Positions 49,201 through 58,250 of a stretch of 64,000 nt of DNA are shown here, one piece after another (positions within the stretch are counted from its first letter, which is position 1; the number at the start of each line of letters is the position of its first letter). The notes beneath the pieces were generated by a model. The model was given only the letters and a program-made list of their open reading frames with translations. It searched no databases and was not told the origin of the DNA. The stretch lies in contig JBAXBA010000006.1 in assembly GCA_037142195.1 (NCBI GenBank), forward strand, positions 14,562 through 78,561, in the 5' to 3' direction. The DNA comes from Pseudomonadota bacterium (GTDB taxonomy: Bacteria > Bdellovibrionota_B > Oligoflexia > Oligoflexales > CAIMVM01). The translations under genes and the position numbers were made by a program.

Positions 49201-49830
49201 AGCTTTTTTCTGGCGATCCAGTTCTTTGAGAATGTCATCAATACGAGAAAGATTGAGCTTCGTATTTTCTAGCTTCTTTTGCGCTTCTGCTTTTCTCTTT
49301 TTAAAGACGAGAGTTCCTGCTGCTTCTTCGATGATTTCTCGAAGCTCTTCAGGTTTCGCCTGAAGAATGCGGTCTACCTGTCCCTGTTGGATCATGGAGT
49401 AGCTTTTGCCGCCAAGACCTGTATAGGCAAAGAAATCTAAAAGGTCTTTTAAACGGCAAGGTTTTTTGTTGATAAAGTATTCGCGTTCCCCATCGGCATA
49501 GATGCGGCGCGTCAGAGAAATCTCCTGTTCATGGCGGAACTCAGGTGGGCAAAAGGGTGAGGCCTCATGATTATCAAAAATCAAGGTCACTTCAGCCATA
49601 CCGTGTGGTTTGCGCTTTTCTGAGCCATTAAATATGATATCTGTGGCCTTATCGCCACGGAGCATTTTAGCGTTTTGCTCGCCCATGACCCAACGAACCG
49701 CGTCAATGGTGTTGCTTTTACCAGAGCCATTGGGTCCGACAATCCCAGTGATATGATTCTTCTCTAGGTTTATGGTCACACGGTCTGCAAAGGATTTAAA
49801 TCCTGATGCTATAATTTTTTTGAGATACAT
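46246..49830 (-). CDS. smc: Chromosome segregation protein SMC
   Basis: GFKSF, GPNGSGKSN, Q-loop IQQGQV, long coiled coils, LFSGGEKALTA and FLDEVDAPLD. Confidence 0.96.
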   Translation of the reverse strand: MYLKKIIASGFKSFADRVTINLEKNHITGIVGPNGSGKSNTIDAVRWVMGEQNAKMLRGDKATDIIFNGSEKRKPHGMAEVTLIFDNHEASPFCPPEFRHEQEISLTRRIYADGEREYFINKKPCRLKDLLDFFAYTGLGGKSYSMIQQGQVDRILQAKPEELREIIEEAAGTLVFKKRKAEAQKKLENTKLNLSRIDDILKELDRQKKALKDQVEKATTYKTKSEELKLKELALFAHNFRFFREKLESLKKAIDTGNFSEIEFQNNITSFEGQLLGVQEDLASADPEVHALSEEITVIREKAASSEAQLASALLLLGGGDQRLAELNHELGEEEVVFAEANQRFAAVEQAMEKAVEEETRFNHYIENFDQIVSENEEKFKTYSSKIHELDQELRNLDRLMVGNTLKLETTERDLNQSEANILGFSGKISSADNELSQLKIVLDGANIKVANRKRTLDDIAGKKAETQDLVQKKIQDLSHLNKSKDQTQNQLMTVKSRIEVLRALSEEQSGKVDAIRSAMGELGNKAGLLSDHLSFTDKAKALTPSCLRSLEKFLERAYVLDHDSLNTLRDSCQKQDTPSFAVALVDSDENSATTRVWAQQQGFEPASIYVKSETDDLNGLLSRMILASGLPEDLSEIPKGAILFTHDGMIWTGSADVIVGSPENKAGLLGRKAEIQKLEKDLEHLEKELLTAATKIQEIETDAQNDQILLKEVDQKLQVANHEWMAAMSELENTRRNAESRKEFSTQVREDYSILEDGIRKLKSEKMRLLEESSNLDSQKSKTQTEKEQLQIDMSGMEDERNEIQRQYGQKQMDLATAKARASSMRENFEQFKSQIDSIVIKIERRKEAIDRLTKDMAEAHTRKETLEKDIESFILRREDLEDKLLSKREANSGLVEQIRTLESRIKEQRTLLHKVQKELGEKNIELERVSLGVASTMEQAKERYLIEIADYNEELPEGFHQEKYTKDVQKIRSYLDTMGPINMMAIEEYETISSRESFISKQKDEVEASASLLESAIDEIEENSEEKFLAAFHNLNREFQELFPILFPGGDGHLLLTNEQKALDGGIEIMVRLPGKKRQPMRLFSGGEKALTAIALIFALLKSKPTPFCFLDEVDAPLDETNVGRYNRVLEALSERFQFIVITHNRRTMEVLDTLYGVTMQEPGVSKVVGVDMSKDIPAHLQKAFKETSAEG

Positions 49831-49871
49831 GGTACCTCGCCTCCGCGGCTGGTTCGCAGGTTATTGCCTAT

Positions 49872-51284
49872 TTACTGGATGCGCTTTCCTTCGGTTATAA
49901 CACCTGTGCTGGAGATGTCCAACATGATTAAGGTATCTGCAAAAAATGATAGGGTGATTCCTTTACCAGCCGGTGTGACGGCAAAACCTAAAAAAGCATT
50001 CCTTGTATCGGTTTTTTCAATTTTGTGATCAGCAGTGGGTTCTGTTGAAGAGGCGCCAAACGTAGATACAGCGCCAATTCGAAAGTAGTTTTGTTTAAAG
50101 ACAATGCTGTCGCGATAGTCGTTGAAGATCAAAAGAGGAGCACCGCTATTTATAGAGAGATACTGAAACTCCCCTGGATAGGCTCTAAGGTCTTTACCTG
50201 CGTGGTAGCCATAAAACCCTTCGAAGGTAAAATTATCTGAGGTTTTAGGGACAACGCCATTTTGGGATCTAGGATCCCCTGATACGGTTACCTTGACAAT
50301 ACCTGCAGCGTCTGGTGTTACGCCCGCATCCCTGTTTCCCCGGTGGGAGAGGTAAAAAACATTGGGATCTGTGGGATCTGCTTCAGCGGACCAAAAATTA
50401 GTTCTGTAGTATTTTTGGTCAGCAGTAGGTCCCGTGTTGCCTGCCCTTAAGACATCAAAATAGACATAGCGCATCTCTTTGCTGGCTTCGAGGTCCTTGC
50501 TCGACTTCTCTGGAAAGCCAGCCGCTTCGCCGGCTGCTAGGTCATAAACAAGAAACTTATAAGTATTCTTCAAATTGGTTTTTTGTTCTGAAAGTGTTCT
50601 TGACCTTTCAAAATCATCAGGCACTTCGTTAGCGCCTTCTATTGCCACATAGTCTTTGCCATAGCTGTATTTATCCGCCTGTTTGGTGTCGTTTAAGGAG
50701 GATTCTCCAATATCGCTTACAAAGGCATAAAGGAGGTTTCTTGCGGTATCAATATGCATGGCCCTACGCGTAAATCCGTCAGATCCTCTTATTTTTGAGA
50801 GGGTCGAATTGGCCCCATTGAGCTTGCCAGCGTAAATGCTTCCGGAGAGGCAACTTAAGGCAATGTAGTTAGAACGCTCTATGGCATTGTTGGGCGTGCA
50901 GTCGAGTTCAAAGGTCTTGACGAGGCTTGGCTCTGTAGGATTGCCAGTGTCATAGATCTCGAGCTTGGCCTTTGTATTCACACCTGTTTCGGGGTCAGCG
51001 CTAAAGCCAGCCAAAAGATAGTTGCCAGATTCTGTCGCTTTTAAAAACTGTCCCACCCTCGGAGTAGACAGGGCCTTAATCTTATTTCCTTCGGTGTCGA
51101 GGATAAGAATCGAGCCGTCACGGTATTGATGGGAAAAGTTTCCGTTTAGGACGTAAAAATAATTCCCCCCGCCGTGGGCAGCGACTGCGATGGGGCTGGA
51201 AATAGCTGTTCCGATGGATTTCTGACTTATCTTAGAGCTACAGCCGATCATGGCCAATGCACTTAAGATTGCGACATACCTCAT
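49872..51284 (-). CDS. Hypothetical lipoprotein, probable beta-propeller
   Basis: MIGC lipobox; repeated short beta-strand blades (YFYVLN, LLYAFV, VFYLSH); same strand as and 41 nt upstream of smc. Confidence 0.65.
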   Translation of the reverse strand: MRYVAILSALAMIGCSSKISQKSIGTAISSPIAVAAHGGGNYFYVLNGNFSHQYRDGSILILDTEGNKIKALSTPRVGQFLKATESGNYLLAGFSADPETGVNTKAKLEIYDTGNPTEPSLVKTFELDCTPNNAIERSNYIALSCLSGSIYAGKLNGANSTLSKIRGSDGFTRRAMHIDTARNLLYAFVSDIGESSLNDTKQADKYSYGKDYVAIEGANEVPDDFERSRTLSEQKTNLKNTYKFLVYDLAAGEAAGFPEKSSKDLEASKEMRYVYFDVLRAGNTGPTADQKYYRTNFWSAEADPTDPNVFYLSHRGNRDAGVTPDAAGIVKVTVSGDPRSQNGVVPKTSDNFTFEGFYGYHAGKDLRAYPGEFQYLSINSGAPLLIFNDYRDSIVFKQNYFRIGAVSTFGASSTEPTADHKIEKTDTRNAFLGFAVTPAGKGITLSFFADTLIMLDISSTGVITEGKRIQ

Positions 51285-51536
51285 AATTTATCTCCCCATG
51301 GAACATTAATTCCTGCGCGGCTGGCAACAGTTAGCCCGCCCCTTTTGGTGGCTATTGATCAGGAGACTTACAATTACATGAGCCTTGGAAGGAAGAAAGT
51401 AGAAAATTTAGTTGTGAGCAGGTTTTTGTGTGGTGTATTCCTTTAATGAAATTTATTTTGTCACAAGCAGTTTTTCGACACTACCGGCTATACTTTGGGT
51501 TTGACGGCCTAAACGGCCCAGCAGAAGGAGTTTATT

Positions 51537-52085
51537 ATGGCATCGATCAATAAAGTTATGGTTATGGGCCGACTTGGCCAGGATCCCGATCTTAAGCACA
51601 CAGCTAGCCAGCAGTCTGTATGCACTTTAAGCGTAGCCACCACCGAATTTAGAACCGGTCAAGACGGAAATCGTCAAGAGTTAACCGAATGGCACAGGGT
51701 TGTGGTTTGGGGAAAGCAGGCTGAAAACTGCAAGAAATATCTCACCAAAGGTCGCATGGTATTTGTGGAAGGTCGTATTCAGACGCGTTCTTGGGATGAT
51801 CAAAGCGGACAAAAGCGCTACTCTACCGAGATCGTCGCGAACAATGTTCAGTTTCTTCCTCAGGGCTCAGGTGCGGGAGCAGGTAACTCTTCCTACAATC
51901 AAGGACAGAGCTCATTTGGCGGCTCTACACATGATGACGGCGGCAGTACATTTAATCGCGGTGGCGGCTTCGAGCCCGCATCTTTTGGTTCTTCCTTTGA
52001 TTCAGGAGCAGGCTTTCCAGCAGCAGAGCCACAGGCTTTTAATCAAAATGGTGGATCTACAGCTTTTGATGATGTTCCCTTTTAA
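51537..52085 (+). CDS. ssb: Single-stranded DNA-binding protein
   Basis: INKVMVMGRLGQDP, TEWHRVVVWG, VEGRIQTRSW, Gly-rich linker, acidic DDVPF tail. Confidence 0.98.
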   Translation: MASINKVMVMGRLGQDPDLKHTASQQSVCTLSVATTEFRTGQDGNRQELTEWHRVVVWGKQAENCKKYLTKGRMVFVEGRIQTRSWDDQSGQKRYSTEIVANNVQFLPQGSGAGAGNSSYNQGQSSFGGSTHDDGGSTFNRGGGFEPASFGSSFDSGAGFPAAEPQAFNQNGGSTAFDDVPF

Positions 52086-52140
52086 AGCAGCTCTTCAGGT
52101 ATCTGGCTTTAAATGAGAATGCCGACGTCTACAATTTAAG

Positions 52141-52174
52141 ATGCCCTTATCTTTCGGGAGAGGGCATTTTTTTC
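52141..52174 (+). terminator. Intrinsic terminator after ssb
   Basis: ATGCCCT...AGGGCAT stem followed by a T run. Confidence 0.8.
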
Positions 52175-52240
52175 TGCCCTTTTTCCCTGAAGAACCGCAA
52201 AAAACCAAGTGCTCCCAAATGGAAGAATAGCTCCCAGAGA

Positions 52241-52348
52241 ATCGACGTACAGATCGTCTGGGGTGCGCCACGCTGTGCTATCTATGGATATTTGATTTTA
52301 GAAATCGCGAATATTCTGCGGCAATCCTGCGGAAGGTTCGGAATTGGC
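52241..52348 (+). pseudogene. Possible relic of an IS200/IS605-type TnpA N-terminus
   Basis: Manual translation IDVQIVWGAPRCAIYGYLILEIANILRQSCGRFGI resembles the TnpA start (YHIVW..KYR...IYG.L..EIG.ILR.LC...G); no start codon and no HUH motif. Confidence 0.35.
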
Positions 52349-52365
52349 GCACGGCACAAGTCTCG

Positions 52366-52788
52366 CTACGAGCGGCTTTGCACAATTTTTTGAGCCCATT
52401 GCAAAATGGATTCCGTTTTGGTCACTACATCGCTCGCTTCTTCATGGGTCAGTGTTAACGCACCCTCCTCGTATGTGCGAATAGACGCAAATTCCGAAAG
52501 TCCTGCCAGCTCATACCCAAACTCCATATTGGTAGAAGCTGGAATTTTTCCTACCAGCACCCCTAGTTCATGAACCATGGGAACCGGTAGTTCCAAAGCG
52601 CATAAAACAGCTTTGAGTGACTTTTCAATGGCCTGTTGCGACAAAAAGAAAATATTTTCAGCCCGACCTGTATCATCCGCAAAGTGCATCAATAGAATTC
52701 GCGCACTGCCCAAATCGCCATTGGCAATTTTGAGGAGCTCTTGGGCATATTCCTTCTTAAAAATCCGCTCTTGCTTGGATGGACTCAC
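52366..52788 (-). CDS. HEPN domain protein
   Basis: A.GDL..A, SQQAIEKSLKAVL, VHELGVL and IRTYEE; 4-nt overlap with the upstream MNT gene. Confidence 0.88.
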   Translation of the reverse strand: MSPSKQERIFKKEYAQELLKIANGDLGSARILLMHFADDTGRAENIFFLSQQAIEKSLKAVLCALELPVPMVHELGVLVGKIPASTNMEFGYELAGLSEFASIRTYEEGALTLTHEEASDVVTKTESILQWAQKIVQSRS

Positions 52789-53138
52789 TCTAAGCTCCTT
52801 TGAAAAATTACCTTGCCCTCATCTGCAATAATCTCGCACACACCGCCGGTCCGCACTTTACGTGCAAAATCAGCTTCCACAAACAGGAGAATATCTTGAG
52901 GCCAGTCATCGTCTCGCGGCCTAGCAAAAAGGGTTTTGCGGCCTTCAGTCAAAGCATGGACGGATTCAAATAACACAGCAAAATCCACATCGGAATGATC
53001 GGCGAGTTCGCCGCGGGCAGCTGAACCAAACAGTATGACGCGTGTTGGTGAACAGCCTGCCAAAATCCACTTAAGCTTAGAATCTACCAGGTCCTTGGCC
53101 TCATCAGCAGATAGTTTTTGGGGAGAAAAACGGCTCAT
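52785..53138 (-). CDS. Minimal nucleotidyltransferase (MNT)
   Basis: ILFGSAARGELADHSDVDF is an exact GS-X10-DXD motif; C-terminal EGKVIF. Start moved from 53417 to ATG 53138 (RBS GGAGAAG), giving 117 aa. Confidence 0.88.
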   Translation of the reverse strand: MSRFSPQKLSADEAKDLVDSKLKWILAGCSPTRVILFGSAARGELADHSDVDFAVLFESVHALTEGRKTLFARPRDDDWPQDILLFVEADFARKVRTGGVCEIIADEGKVIFQRSLE

Positions 53139-53342
53139 AACTTCTCCACTTGTGAGGTTTACAATATACTGTGGTTTTAGGCTTGGGTCAAAGATGTTTG
53201 CTTTTGAGGATCGTTCCTTTTTTCCCATTTTAACTTTTGGGATCTCATCAGAAACAAAATCGTTCCAAATCAACTTTATAGCGGCGATCTGTAAGGGCCT
53301 AACAGGCGCCATCTCTAATAAGATCCAAAGGTGTGTAGAAGT

Positions 53343-53657
53343 TGCTATATCTCGAGGCCCCTTGTCGGGTGAATGTCTTGAAATTTCAGAGTCAGGCCAA
53401 GTAAAACTTAAACTCAAAATGGACTATAGTGATGGAACCAGCCAACACTCGTCACAACTGGGGATTTTTTAGAAAGGCTAAGGGACCTCATTCCTCCCCC
53501 AAAATGCCATTTAGCCAAATGGAGTGGGGTCTTGGCCTCTAACTCACCTTTTCGCAGTAAGATTGTTCTAAAACCCGAAGAAAAGAAGGGCACTCCCGTC
53601 AAAAGGAGCAGTCCAGACCGAAGTTCGATCAAAAATTCTAGAAGGAGGCAAGACTAA
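53343..53657 (+). mobile_element. Frameshifted fragment of an IS91/ISCR-family (rolling-circle) transposase
   Basis: Frame 1 reads ISRGPLSGECLEISESGQVKLKLKMDYSDGTS; after a shift near 53445, frame 2 reads TGDFLERLRDLIPPPKCHLAKWSGVLASNSPFRSKIV. This matches the IS91-family C-terminal pattern Y.sRp.ls.erl...G.v...lk....DGt....p.eFl.rLa.lvP.P..hl.ryhGvlapn...R. Confidence 0.75.
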
Positions 53658-53662
53658 AACCG

Positions 53663-54913
53663 CTATTCGACTTTTGAGATCTCTTCAAAAGACAAAGAAA
53701 ACTTATCTCCCTCTTTACCGAGCTCTTTACCGATGGTCATAGCGCTTTCCGTGAGGTACTCATTTTCACCTACCACTAAATCCAAGACATTAAATAACGA
53801 ATGAACAGGGTTCCATTTGCCATTCACTAAGACTTTAAGTCCTTTTACCTTAATTTTTCCAGGACCTACATATTTGGGGGCTTCAAAAAGATAACTTTGT
53901 GAGCCAGATGGGTCATAAACGGAGACGGCGATTTCTATTTTTCCTTGAGGGACGCCAAGTGTTGAAAGATCAAACTGCAAAACCTCACGTCCTATTTGGG
54001 GAGTTTTTAGTTCGGTCTTTAAGAAGTCAACATCTGTAACCACAAGCATATCTAGGTCCAAAGAGGAACCAACTACATTTAGCGAAAGGTTTTGGGGTTT
54101 TGCATTGGGAAATGCGTTCGCCGTTCCAGCCGTGAGTGTATTAAGTAGAACCCATTCAAACTTTTTAGCGGTGTTTTTAAGATTAAATGGCAAATTTATG
54201 GCTTGAGGGCTGTTCTGGCTATTTTCAAATGTAAACTGAGCGCTAAGTTGGCCTGCATCTGCACGTCTATATCTCGCCCAAATATAAAGGCTACTCACAG
54301 CTTCAATTTTTGCTTGATAGGATACCGTTGTTGGCGCAGAAGGAAAGCTTACAAAGCTCAATGAGTCCTCAAACTTGAAAGGCATGCCGTAGGACTCTTT
54401 TTCAATAACGATAAAACCTGGAGAAGAAATGACATGTTTATCAGTAGGAACAAGATTTTTAAAGGTCAGCTCGGGACTCATGTTTTTAAGTTCTGTTCCC
54501 GGCTTCTTAGGTATTTTAGAAAGGAGAGCTTCGATTTTAGCGCTAATAGCTTCACCGGTTTCATCGCACTTTTCGGGGGCGCCGCAATTATGACGGTCCT
54601 GTTTCATTCTCGCAACAAGTCTCGAGAGACTGGCCTTAGTAAAGTCGATTTTGTTGCCATCGAGAATGGCTTTAGCAGATTCATCTGGATTTGAAGACGC
54701 AAAAAAGGGCGCTGTCGATTGAGCGTGACATCCCCCACAATTTTGAGTCAGCAAAGGATAGAGATCATTTTTAAATGCAAGATTAAACTGGGAGTCCCAG
54801 GAGTCTGCATTTGAAGGTGAAGATGGATTCGTTTTTCTTAAATTCATGAGTGAATTCTTGCCACAAGAAGCCACAAGAGAAAGAACCAAAACTATGAGAA
54901 ATTTTCTTTTCAA
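53663..54913 (-). CDS. Lipoprotein with N-terminal c-type heme motif and beta-sandwich C-terminus (cassette B)
   Basis: TTG start with AAGGAG RBS, VASC lipobox, FKNDLYPLLTQNCGGCH, HNC...C. Confidence 0.75.
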   Translation of the reverse strand: MKRKFLIVLVLSLVASCGKNSLMNLRKTNPSSPSNADSWDSQFNLAFKNDLYPLLTQNCGGCHAQSTAPFFASSNPDESAKAILDGNKIDFTKASLSRLVARMKQDRHNCGAPEKCDETGEAISAKIEALLSKIPKKPGTELKNMSPELTFKNLVPTDKHVISSPGFIVIEKESYGMPFKFEDSLSFVSFPSAPTTVSYQAKIEAVSSLYIWARYRRADAGQLSAQFTFENSQNSPQAINLPFNLKNTAKKFEWVLLNTLTAGTANAFPNAKPQNLSLNVVGSSLDLDMLVVTDVDFLKTELKTPQIGREVLQFDLSTLGVPQGKIEIAVSVYDPSGSQSYLFEAPKYVGPGKIKVKGLKVLVNGKWNPVHSLFNVLDLVVGENEYLTESAMTIGKELGKEGDKFSLSFEEISKVE

Positions 54914-54975
54914 TGTAGACTCCTTTCCGCCTATGGCTTTTGGAATTGGCCTATCATAGGACCAAAAGATTTATT

Positions 54976-56379
54976 CTAAGATTTCTTATAGACCAGATAC
55001 TCCTGCAACTTTTGACTGATGGCATTGTCCCCAAAAAGGGTCTGCAATTTGCCTTCATCTCCGTTCAGGGCTAGGTAGTTGGCTGTAAATGCTAATGCTA
55101 AAGAAGGAGGGCTATTGCTTATGGCATTTACGGAAGCATCGACCGTGCTATCATTTTTATAGGCTCCCACTTGAGGATCTTTGCCATCAACGGTCTTGAC
55201 TCCCGCGGGGTGATAGCTAATCTGCAGAGCCGCAGATCGCACACCAGAGTCAGCCGTCCAAGCGCCAGAGTCGTCGGAACTAACACCGCCATCGGTTATG
55301 ATCATGATGGAAACAGGTCTGTTTTGAGTGGCAGCATAGGCAATAATTTGCCCGATAGTAACTCCCGCTTCTCTGTCTTTTGCATCGCCCGTAGTTCTAG
55401 TTCCGTCGTGATAGTCGTAGCCATTTTTGAGAATCACACCTACACCGGCGTTTCCGCTGATAACAAGCTTGGAAATGCAAGCCTCAGCACTTCCGTTTCC
55501 TCCTCCAAAGATGGTATTGATGTTGGCGTCTTTGGTGGGGTCGAGATTATCAGCACTAAACTCTGTTGCGAGTTTATAGGATTTTTCATAGCGGCAACCA
55601 CAAATAGCAGCCATTTGTTCCGAAAGAGATCTTCTAGAAATTTTGCATAGAGAGTCGATTCCCATATTTGCGGATGTTCTTAAAATTCGGTTCATAGCAT
55701 CATCATTTAAGGTAAGTGCAATTTTGTGTCTGTCGACAATAGATCTCACGTCGTTCGGTGAATTGATAACTACGGGAGAAAGTCCAGGCTCACGAAACCC
55801 TGTGTTTGACCTTGTGCCACCTGGTTTTCCGACCATTCCAGCCAGTTTTGCAATTTTACCCATAGCTCCCGCGTGCACTAGGTGATGACTTGGCAGGTAG
55901 AGATTGGTTTCGAGGTCATCATTTGAGATGGAGCAATATAGGATTCCTTTAACTTTGTCTTTTGTAGCCTGGTCCGTCAAAACCGAGTTGATTCCTGCCA
56001 GCATTTGGGAACTTGAGTTCCAAAGCAATCCATACTGCATTGAGGTCGGCGTTGCCGGTCCGCCGATGGTTTGGTAGGAAGGAAGTCTATCTCGTTGCCC
56101 TCCGCGACCACCGACAAAGACATTGGCGCCAGCTATATTGCCGCCACCTGCCAATTCGATCACTATAGCAGCCGTGCCACCAGCCGGGCCGCTATCGGTT
56201 TCGCAAGCTGCGGCAATGGATTCTTGACCTTGCGCAGTTTGCGAATAGATTGAGCCCAGAAGACTGGGTGCTAAAACCATTGCGCCGCCGGAAATGAGCC
56301 CTTGACCTAAAAGGTCCCTCCGAGTCACGGGCTTTCCATGACCTAGGGGGCGGATTGGTAATTGTTTTTTCTCGCTCAT
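54976..56379 (-). CDS. Tat-exported DUF1501-like protein (cassette B)
   Basis: VTRRDLL twin-Arg leader; IVIELAGGGN, GYDYHDG and IMIITDGG motifs. Start moved to ATG 56379 (RBS GGGAG). Confidence 0.65.
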   Translation of the reverse strand: MSEKKQLPIRPLGHGKPVTRRDLLGQGLISGGAMVLAPSLLGSIYSQTAQGQESIAAACETDSGPAGGTAAIVIELAGGGNIAGANVFVGGRGGQRDRLPSYQTIGGPATPTSMQYGLLWNSSSQMLAGINSVLTDQATKDKVKGILYCSISNDDLETNLYLPSHHLVHAGAMGKIAKLAGMVGKPGGTRSNTGFREPGLSPVVINSPNDVRSIVDRHKIALTLNDDAMNRILRTSANMGIDSLCKISRRSLSEQMAAICGCRYEKSYKLATEFSADNLDPTKDANINTIFGGGNGSAEACISKLVISGNAGVGVILKNGYDYHDGTRTTGDAKDREAGVTIGQIIAYAATQNRPVSIMIITDGGVSSDDSGAWTADSGVRSAALQISYHPAGVKTVDGKDPQVGAYKNDSTVDASVNAISNSPPSLALAFTANYLALNGDEGKLQTLFGDNAISQKLQEYLVYKKS

Positions 56380-56428
56380 ATTTGACTCCCATCCTGTTGC
56401 ATTTTCCAACTTTTCTAAGAACCACTTT

Positions 56429-57073
56429 CTACTGGACAATTACCGGTGCAGCACCCAAAACAGCAGCACAAAGACCTTGAGTGATGGCCTTTGTCGCCAC
56501 GGGCGTTTTTTTATCGGTTTTTCGCAGCTCGCTCACCAGGCTATCGAGCTCTTTTTTCATGTTTTCAAAAGGGGGAACTCCTTGACGCGGGCCCATCCAA
56601 AACTGAGAATAGAAAGTTTGATAGAGACTCGTCAGTGCCGGCTCCGTAAACGCTTGTTCAGGAATATTATTTAAGTCGAGATCTTTAATAGACCCTTTTG
56701 CCGCCGCTTGATCCACATAGACGCCGCAGAATTCCAAAGCTAATTTATTTACAGCAACCATTTGGGCTGCATCAAAAGCGTCGGGTTTGCTTTCTTGGGG
56801 GCAGGAACCTTCCACCTTTAAGTAGACAGCATTTACTTCGGGCGAGAGCCGCGAAACCCCAGTGAGCTTTTCCATGGCTCGTAAAATTTGATCACAATTT
56901 TTAATGGAAAGCACCGCAGGACTCGTCAAACTCGCCGATGCCGACGGGCCGGTATTAGCTCCGGCATTTTCTGAGTTTTTGCTCTTTCCAGAAATCGAAC
57001 GTCTGGACTCTTTGTTACCAGGATCGCAACCAATTAGAAAAATCGATATGAAAATTAGGTTTTTAAGTAGCAT
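56429..57073 (-). CDS. Cys-containing helical lipoprotein of unknown function (cassette B)
   Basis: LIGC lipobox, low-complexity linker, IKNCDQI, LALEFC, LCAAVLG. Confidence 0.75.
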   Translation of the reverse strand: MLLKNLIFISIFLIGCDPGNKESRRSISGKSKNSENAGANTGPSASASLTSPAVLSIKNCDQILRAMEKLTGVSRLSPEVNAVYLKVEGSCPQESKPDAFDAAQMVAVNKLALEFCGVYVDQAAAKGSIKDLDLNNIPEQAFTEPALTSLYQTFYSQFWMGPRQGVPPFENMKKELDSLVSELRKTDKKTPVATKAITQGLCAAVLGAAPVIVQ

Positions 57074-57076
57074 GAA

Positions 57077-58222
57077 TTACTCTCCCGCCTGGCAGCGTGT
57101 GGCCGTTTTTATAAAAAGAGTCTTTAAATTCTGATTGCTCGCTTTGAAATCTGCAGCTAGTTCCGACACAATTTTTTTGTCTGTGTCGTCAGTGGCGTCT
57201 TTTAAACAAACCGTTTTAAAGGTTCGCTTAGCCATACAAGTGTTGAATTCTTCAGTCTTGGAAAGCATCTCACCAAAAGAGGCGACGCCATTACCTTTGG
57301 TTAGATTTTGTGGCCAGCCAAATTTTGCGTTTTGTCCTTCAATCCAATTGTTCGCCCAGGAGTCATCAGTCGTAAAATATCCATTGATAAAGTACGGATT
57401 ATTACTGTATTTTTTGACGACGGATCCAGGTGTGTAAACTACCTTTTTGCTTGTCGCATCAAAATCATAGTAGGCCCAGGCTCCTCTAAAGAAGTCTTGC
57501 CCAGCGTGGCATCCTTTGCATTTGTTGTTATAGGTGGAGGCGTCACTTCCTGGGTTTCTTTCCACATCTCGCCCCACCATAGTGTCTGGACGTGTTGTGT
57601 CCATCATTTGCTCGAGATCAGTACAAAGATAGTTGATCATGGAAAAACGAACGGCACGACGGTTGGTGCCCAGGGAAAGAAAAGCTTCGCCAAAGGCGCG
57701 TGTGGTTAAAAGTCCAGACGCTTTTTCCATTTGTGCGTATTCGGACTGCTTTTTCTCCACCAAAACTTCCGCAAGATCAGCGCCGCTATTATCTAAAACT
57801 AAATAGTGGTCATTATTTGCTGGAGAATAGGCAGGTAAAGGAATAGTTCCTTTATATTTATTGGGGTCTGCCATATAGATGACGTCAGAATAGAGAAGTT
57901 CACCAAACGGCCTGCCGTCTCGGACTCCACCGATTACTGTGGCGCAGTAGTCATTGAGTTTTACATTAATCTTTTGGTCTTTGTTGGTTTGACCGGAGCA
58001 CCACTGCTTAACAGTGCATTCCAAAAACCCTCGATTTTGAGAAGCCAATTTCGCGGCTCCTTCACTATCCCCTTTTTTAATAAGGTCTGCCATCTGATCT
58101 AGTACATCTTTAGAAGGCGCTTCACAGGTAAGTCGATTGTGCAGTCTATAGGCTTGATCTTTTTCATCAGCCAAGACTGGTGCGCTCAGAGTCAAGGCCA
58201 GTATAGTCAGTGGAATTTTCAT
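57077..58222 (-). CDS. Exported single-CxxCH protein, DUF1585/1588-like (cassette B)
   Basis: Sec signal peptide; AYRLHNRLT...P, SGLLTTRAF, TNRR, CKGCH; C-terminal FNTCMAKRTF...NLKTLF. Confidence 0.7.
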   Translation of the reverse strand: MKIPLTILALTLSAPVLADEKDQAYRLHNRLTCEAPSKDVLDQMADLIKKGDSEGAAKLASQNRGFLECTVKQWCSGQTNKDQKINVKLNDYCATVIGGVRDGRPFGELLYSDVIYMADPNKYKGTIPLPAYSPANNDHYLVLDNSGADLAEVLVEKKQSEYAQMEKASGLLTTRAFGEAFLSLGTNRRAVRFSMINYLCTDLEQMMDTTRPDTMVGRDVERNPGSDASTYNNKCKGCHAGQDFFRGAWAYYDFDATSKKVVYTPGSVVKKYSNNPYFINGYFTTDDSWANNWIEGQNAKFGWPQNLTKGNGVASFGEMLSKTEEFNTCMAKRTFKTVCLKDATDDTDKKIVSELAADFKASNQNLKTLFIKTATRCQAGE

Positions 58223-58250
58223 ATGAGACTCCGTAAATATCTGTATATTA

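Noticed and set aside
53139..53632. 93-aa N-terminal extension of MNT and the 72-aa ORF 53414-53632
   Set aside because: A strong RBS supports ATG 53138; much of the upstream DNA is better explained as the antisense of the IS91-like relic.
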